Shown piece by piece: positions 56,604 through 64,000 of a DNA stretch of 64,000 bases. Location of the stretch: positions 35,030,001 to 35,094,000 of the forward strand of contig OZ024754.1 of the NCBI GenBank assembly GCA_964016885.1, read 5' to 3'. Each line of letters opens with the position of its first letter. Position 1 is the stretch's first letter. The notes beneath the pieces are model-generated. The model had not been told where the DNA came from and did no database searches. It saw nothing but the letters and a program-made list of their open reading frames with translations. The DNA is from Eledone cirrhosa (Eukaryota). The translations under genes were made by a program, and so were the position numbers.

Positions 56604-56800
56604 CGTTATTCCGGGTTGAATCGGAGGTAACCACAGTAAGTAAGGTACTCAATACATAGCAGAGTATAACAGTTTTAATATAGATGAGATTCTACAGGAC
56701 TAGAACTGTTTCATTCATTAGAAATCATCAGGAATCTCAGAGATTCCTGATGATTTCTAATGAATGAAACAGTTCTAGTCCTGTAGAATCTCATCTATAT
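56603..56800 (-). mobile_element. PLE-type terminus with a perfect 61-bp-arm palindrome (56678-56738 / 56740-56800)
   Basis: Perfect arms, 1-nt centre. Unpaired ~75-nt tail with TTGAGTACC on the minus strand (56644-56652). (TA)n flanks. Confidence 0.85.
56740..56792 (+). ncRNA. Type I hammerhead ribozyme fold; mirror copy at 56685-56739 on the minus strand
   Basis: Stem I GAGATTC/GAATCTC; CTGATGA at 56747; weak stem II TTC(TAAT)GAA with a U-U closing pair; GAAA at 56766; stem III ACAG/CTGT; predicted cleavage GUA ending at 56785. Confidence 0.75.
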
Positions 56801-56836
56801 ATATATATATATATATAGATACATAAACACATATAT

Positions 56837-56876
<40 letters not shown>

Positions 56877-57739
56877 TTACACTACACACACATACAAATA
56901 TATATATATGTATATAGTCATCTGGTTGCTCCTGACCCATGGCAACAGGCCACTATTGTACACAAATCCATGTATTTATACCAATACACATACATGTGTT
57001 CTAGAAGAGAGTGAAATTCCCCTACATTTTGTTTTTATACATATAGAAATATGTATAAAAACAAACATACACTGAAATACTGACAAAAATGTTCTGTCTG
57101 TTAATATAGTGATTCACAAAAGAAATATTTCTCATATATTATTTATTCACACTCTTTTATACTTATTTACTATTGGAATATTTTGGCAGTAAGAACCCCT
57201 CCTATCTCACCTACAACTTTTCCTACATATGAACTATAGAAAAATATATTAAACCTTTTATGACTATATTTTCTAATGAAACACATCTTATTTCAATTAA
57301 TTAATGAATAATTTTCAAAAATTTACTAAAATTATTGAGTTTTTAATGAAACGTTATTTCAATTATTTAATGAATAATTTTGAGGGATTTACTAAAACTA
57401 TTAATTTCTGAGTCAGTTATATTGGAAGATTTAAAGTGAAATAGGAACCCTTTAAAATAGAGCTGGCTTTCATTAGATTGGTTAATCAATTATTTAATTA
57501 GAGATAACTTAAAACAAACATTGTTACTAACTTGATTATTTATCCCACTATATATATATTTTTAATTTTTAACCTCTTTCACTGTTTTCAAGCATTAAAC
57601 TACAACCATGTTTAGGCACCAATTTGATTTAAATAACTTTGTCTTTGTTTTTTTAACGTTTATATTTCTTTTCAGTATATTTATTTCAGTGTATGAATTA
57701 AATATGAGAATTTCCATAATAGTAGTAGTAGTAATAGTA

Positions 57740-57787
<48 letters not shown>

Positions 57788-58920
57788 GCAACAATGATAA
57801 TATAACAATAATGATATAATAAATCATTATTATTGTCAGTATCATTATTGTAATTATCATCATCGTCATAATCATCATCCTAATTTTGTAAAGTTAAATT
57901 GCAATCAATCCTAAATACACTGCCACACCGTTTAATGTAATCAAAAGGTTTTCTTTTGGACAATGTCAGGTTAAAGACTGGGAGAGAGAGAGAAGAAAAG
58001 AGAGAGAGAGTGGGAGGGAGAAAGAGACCTTGACATATAATAATAGAAAAAAAAGGGAGATAAAAGTAATTTGGTTGTCTTTTACCTTTGAAGATTATTT
58101 CACCTGTCTTAATTAACCCATTCACAAACACACACACACAAACACACAATCACATACATACACACACACTCTCATAATAATGATTGCAAAATTAAAACAA
58201 AAGTTAAACCATGAATAAGAAAAATGAAGGAAAACATAGCAATGGTTTTGTACATAAAAACAAACATGTTAGTGTGGAATATACACATTAAAAGCAACAA
58301 ACATGTTCATTTAGAATAATGAAAAAATTGTCTTTGTAGAATGGTAAAAAAAAAGGAAGAAAAAGAATGTAAAAGAAAAAACTTAAAACATAAAATGAAG
58401 AATAAATATTACCAAAATATTTTCCATCGAACTGATTGGAAGTGAAAGGTAATAACATTATCAGGTCACATGTCTTACAGGTAAGATATTATCAAGGGAT
58501 CTTATTGCCATTGTGTTTTTTATGACTTAAAAATAAGACTTAATATAACATCAAATTTTGATTTAATTGTTTCTTTTAATGGTTTTATAAATGAAAAAAA
58601 TATTTTGTTGTTTGTAAGTTAAACTTTTATATTTTCCATAACACATACATGTACACACACACACACACATTATACACACACATCCATGCACTCACACACA
58701 CATACATGTATATATATACATATATATACACATCCACGCACTTTCACACACACATACATGTATATATATACATACATGCTTATATGTATACATACAAACA
58801 CACATGTATTTATCAGTCATTAAATGCATTAATCTTTTTTTATTATTAATAATAATAAAAAAAAAACACTGCGGATAAAAAAATTCAAGATATCATCATC
58901 ATCATTATCATCATCAGTTC

Positions 58921-59012
58921 AAATAAAATAAAAAATAAAATAAAAAATAAAATAAAAAATAAAATAAAAAATAAAATAAAAAATAAAATAAAAAATAAAA
59001 TAAAAAATAAAG
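58921..59012. repeat. (AAAATAAAAAAT)n simple repeat
   Basis: Direct reading. Confidence 0.85.
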
Positions 59013-59955
59013 AAAATGAAATGAAAATGATTCAAGGAGACACACCCACCAAAATAAAACAAATTATGTTAAGAGATCATTTCTAGTCTAAACTCTTGCG
59101 AAAGAATTTCAATGTTTGAAACAAAAAACAGCAGTATCATGGATTTAGAAACATCCTTGAGTGTTTTCTATCTTGTGGCTGAAATTGAGTATATAAAATA
59201 ATTTATAACACCCAACACCCTAAAATAATTATATTCCCTTAATCCCTTAAATGGACTGATCTATAATAGTTTGTATATCAGAAATAACACATAGTTTTAT
59301 GTTACTTAATTAAATGCTATTAAATGTTATCTTCAAAAATTATTTCTCTTTGCAAAAAAAAAAAAGAAGAATTCTTAGCAAGAATTATTCAGAAAATATT
59401 CCCTTATTACCAAGTATACTTTCTCTTCATTTGCAGTCATAGAATAATATAATTAGTATTTTTAATTATATATCAAATCTTATCTTGAAAAGTGATAAAT
59501 AAGCATCGCGACAATAGGAGAGTTTTGGTATCACAAAATGACTAATGGTTACACAACAAATGACTATCACACTTCATAATAATTATAAATGGTAATAACT
59601 TCAGTTCTATACAAACTTAAAGTGAAATGAATTAAGTTCTGAATTTTGTAAGAATTTTAAATTCAAACCTAATTTCAGGTATTATAGAATGTAAAGTGAA
59701 ACAGCTATTCAACCACACGATCTGAATAAAAATTTAAAATATACAAAACAGCTTTTTCAGTCTTTATATATATACATATACACACACATATATATATATA
59801 TGTATATATATAGACTTAAACCCTCTCGAATAAAACAAGTTACTTGAAGCCAAAGTGATATCATTTAAGGAATTAAGAATACATCTGTAAGTTTGTGTTA
59901 CTGTATGATTGGACACAGTTATAGACTTAAAGAAGAGTGCAACAAGGTGAGATAT

Positions 59956-60006
<51 letters not shown>

Positions 60007-63000
60007 ATATATAATGATGTGCAGAAACATGCACGAACTGGTGAAACTGTGAGACTGAAAAAAATAAACCAGTCTCAAATTTGGGAAAGCAATTATAGGC
60101 ACACATTTAATGGTTCTGTGCTTAGGAGATATGTGACATCTTCACCATAGCTCCATATCTAATGAAAAAGTGGCAAATGACAGGGTAAAGAGCATTAGAT
60201 GAGAAAGTCATTGATTGCCTCTATCTTCTAGAGATGATGGTTTTTAAACTCTACGGCAGTTCAGGCGAGTTAATTAGTTCCAAGATTAAGTAGTTCTATG
60301 TTTAGCCTTCAAAGTTCAAGTCCGTCAGATGATTTTTAAAAAGCCTGTCGTGTACTACCAACTATCTAGAGTCAACCAATAACTGAACCAATTACTAGTG
60401 CTATATCGAAACTTCTTAGCTTAATTTCTTTAAAGAGTAACAACAAATATTCAACTGAGATCAACAACATAGATAATTAGAAAAAATGCAAGCTTAGTTA
60501 CAACTGCCTACTACGTCCATTCCAATGATTGACACAATAATTTCATGGCAGCATATTACAATTACAACAATTATATATTAAAATATTTAAAATTCTGTGA
60601 TAAAAGGTTAAAAAATCAATCAGAATCCATTTCCATATCTCATTTAAAAATTATCCTGTTTTTAGATTATAAATCAAATCCTCATACATCCCTCTATGAC
60701 AATCTTGCAATTTAAAAAGTGTATTTATTTGTCTTTAATGTTCTTTCAAAACTTTTAAGTATTTCTGTGTGTGTGTGTGTGCATGTGTAAGAAAGAAAAA
60801 TGGAGCCAATCATCAGATTGGATGAAGGAAACAATGTTTCCATTGGTCTTTTCATTGCTGATTATATCTGTTGGTTGCAACTCCTGTATGTATGTTTGTG
60901 TGTATGTATGCATGCATGTATGTGTATGTGAGTGTATGGGTATGTGTGTGTGTGCAATACAAATTGAAGAAAACCTCCTTAAATGTTGAGAAAAATCTGA
61001 AATAGCTGACTGACAAACTGCATGGAAAATATTCAATTAAATACGAAGTGATTGGAGAATTATTAAACTGTAGTCATTTTACATGATACCAAAACACTTT
61101 ATAGTATAGTCAAACACTAGCGTCAATTCAAAGATGTTTATTTATTTATAGTATTATTTATAGTATACAAGAAACTAGAGGATTTCATCTAACAAAATTT
61201 GGGAAGAAAACCCCCAAAATGACTTTGGTATCTAAAAATATTATAGATATTGTTTATGCCGAAAAACCCTTCTCAGATTTGGAAAAAAATATTAAAAATA
61301 ATTAAAAACAAAACAAAGTAGTGAGTAAAATCTGTGAAAAGATTTTTCAATTTACCACAAACTGTAAAAATTGTTGATGGCAAATGGTAATGTCTTCACA
61401 CCAGATTTGTCCACATCAACTTTGTTCTCAGAATCAATAACTATAAAAACAGTTTTAAGAACAGATAGCATAAGCTGCAGTAGTCTTAATTAAAATGTAA
61501 ATTAAATAGAAAATAAGATAAAATTAAATAAAAAGAAACAAACTAAAAATTCCCAAGTTGCTGAATTAAAAAAAAAGTTATGTATGAATATTTTTTTTGT
61601 CTTTATAAAAAGAAATGATTAATTTGATAAAAAGAAATTAATTATTAAATTCTGGAAAATATGTGATGATGCTGAAATGTAGATGATGAAATAACAAAGG
61701 CAAGTTTCGTCCAAAAGAGATTCTATAATAGAAAAATAACAAAAATAGTATAAATAATTGAATGAAGTTATGTTCATATAGCAACACAAATCAGGAAATC
61801 TCGCTGCAAACAATGTGACCTGATGATACTTTTTTAAAGAGACAAACATCTTTGTTACACAGAATTGGTATAATATCCTTCTCAGTTAAGGGAATATATA
61901 AATTCGTTTATAAAGTTTCAATGGATAAAAAGATAATCCTTTCAAGGTTTGTGTTTCTTTCATACAATTTATAGTCTGTTAATTGATCTAGAGATGAAAA
62001 GAAGATATTAAAAGTAGGACTGTTTTGCATAGACTTTAGAAGGTAGTGGCTATGGAAGCAAAGGCAACAGTGAGTGCAGGAAAACAACCAGAAATTACAT
62101 ACCATATGATATGCAGATATGCCTGGATGGTATAGCCTTATTAAAATTTAAGCAAAACATGCAGCATGAAGGTTTGCAAGAATCTAATTGATATTTTTAA
62201 ACAAAACTAACAATTAACATATCTTCTATATAGATTTGCAACCATATTATTTAAAGGGAGTGGTGGTAGTTTACATACTTCCTAAAATGTATTGATAATT
62301 GCTATATTTCATCCTAGATGTTATGGATTATGCTGATACCTGACCTATGATTTGAGTAGCAAATACATATATAAATTATATATATATGAATAATATATAT
62401 ATATAAATACATATATAAATCATATATATGCAAATCATATACTGAACATGATTTGAGAGCAAAATGTTTTTTTTATAAATTAACAAGTGAAAATTCATAT
62501 TGTTAATGTTAGTATGTCTTGAAATGATAAATAAAAAAAATAACTAACATACTTTAATTATTTAGAGATCAGAGAAATTAAAGTAAAATATATAAAGGAC
62601 ATTTTGCTGCTATTAGATTTAACCACAAAGAGAGAATTAAGAAGTGTTATGTAATTTGCTTTTAAGGATAGTTATTTCAATATCTATCTGGGGAAATTTT
62701 ATAGTTTATAGTTTCTCTTTTCCTTTTCAAATATTTCTCATCATAGTATAGCACAACCTATCTAGTGAAATAAACTGTGTTGGAATCAGCTTAAACCAAA
62801 TTATAATAAATGACAATCAAAATACAGGTAGGTGCAGGTAGTTAAGATTTTGATGATTTCTAAACCAAAACAAAACAAAGTAACAAAAATTAAAACAACC
62901 CTGAATGAAGCAGAATGGGAAATGTCCAAGAGACAGCAACTTATTCACATGATTTATTAATTACTATTATTATTGTTGCTATTATTTTCTAACGCCAGTA

Positions 63001-64000
63001 AAGAGCAATACAATGAGATACATAGGAGTGAAGACAGTCCCCTACAACGGTGATTTTGATGGTATTAACAACAACATTGGAATATAAACATTGAACAAAA
63101 ACAAATTTGCTAACTGTCAATACAGTGATAATGTGTCTGGTAGACAACACCTACCTCAGTAGAGGAGAGAGTGCCAAATCTTTTGATAATTCAAATATAC
63201 ACCTCAGTGGTACTTTGTATGATGTTGGCAGTGTCTATCGTCAGACAGAGTAGTTGACTAAGTCGGCAGTAATGGCAAACTGATCAGCAGCTCTACAAAC
63301 AATCAATGAAGCAATAAAGGATGGGACGGAGGGTATAATATGGTTTATTAAGGCAAAGTGGTCAAATAATGAAGGGCTTACAAGCTTTAATGATATTCAG
63401 TGTGGGCATTGCAGTATCTTTACACACAACCTCTGCATATTATGTGCAAAGTTCTTAGGCACAAGTTACCAGTGATAGAATCACTTCCTTTTAGAAACAG
63501 CAACAACAAAATACCGAGATAACCTTAGGACTTATGCAGTTTGTTTGAAGGAGAGTAGGGGATAGCTAGCTATTACATAGAAAGACAAATGCATTGATAA
63601 ATATTTTAACTTTTAGTTAAATTTAGCTACAGATAAATTAAAACTAATTATTAGAGACTAATTAGTATATCTCACCTTTAGGTCTAATATTTCAAATCAC
63701 AAAACCCCAAACTTTCTGTTTGACTTTAGATTTAACCCCCACCCAATTAAAACCTTTCTTATCTATGCATAAATAGTTACACATTATAGTTAAGTATAAT
63801 TAACAACTGAAAAAGCAGTTGCTAGTTGATGTTAAAATCATTAATTAACATTTAAAAAGAAATAAACTGTAGAATTTCAAAAATAAATAATTCATGGCAG
63901 TTAAATTAAAAATGTTGAAAAAAAAAATGGAAGTTTTACTAGATTTTAAATCAAGGAGCAAGTTGGTTTCTATCTGGATAAGGTGAACTATAAGAGGTAA

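Noticed and set aside
60771-60989. Signal-peptide-like stretch MFPLVFSLLIISVGCNS
   Set aside because: Short and flanked by microsatellites. The apparent GTATGT donor is part of a (GTAT)n repeat.

Overview
AT-rich eukaryotic genomic DNA, most likely an octopus/coleoid cephalopod (inferred from the SINE types, RTE LINE and dense (TA)n/(CA)n). No intact protein-coding gene can be supported. Bases 1-28581 are a ~810-copy tandem array of a 35-bp satellite, split by a 200-N gap and showing nested higher-order duplications. The rest is microsatellite-rich intergenic or intronic DNA. It holds decayed retroelements: a Penelope-like element (PLE; RT thumb plus GIY-YIG), a Ty3/Gypsy-type gag fragment, an RTE LINE with a PHD finger inside its RT, and tRNA-derived SINEs. 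The main observation is a recurring non-coding module from several sequence-unrelated families, each sitting in (TA)n. Each has a long fold-back inverted repeat (59-170-bp arms) carrying a full or partial type I hammerhead ribozyme fold, plus a 75-90-nt unpaired tail with a shared TTGAG(T/C)(A/G)C-like motif. These look like snap-back, 5'-truncated PLE/retrozyme termini that would give long dsRNA hairpins if transcribed. All folds were paired by eye; activity and expression are untested.
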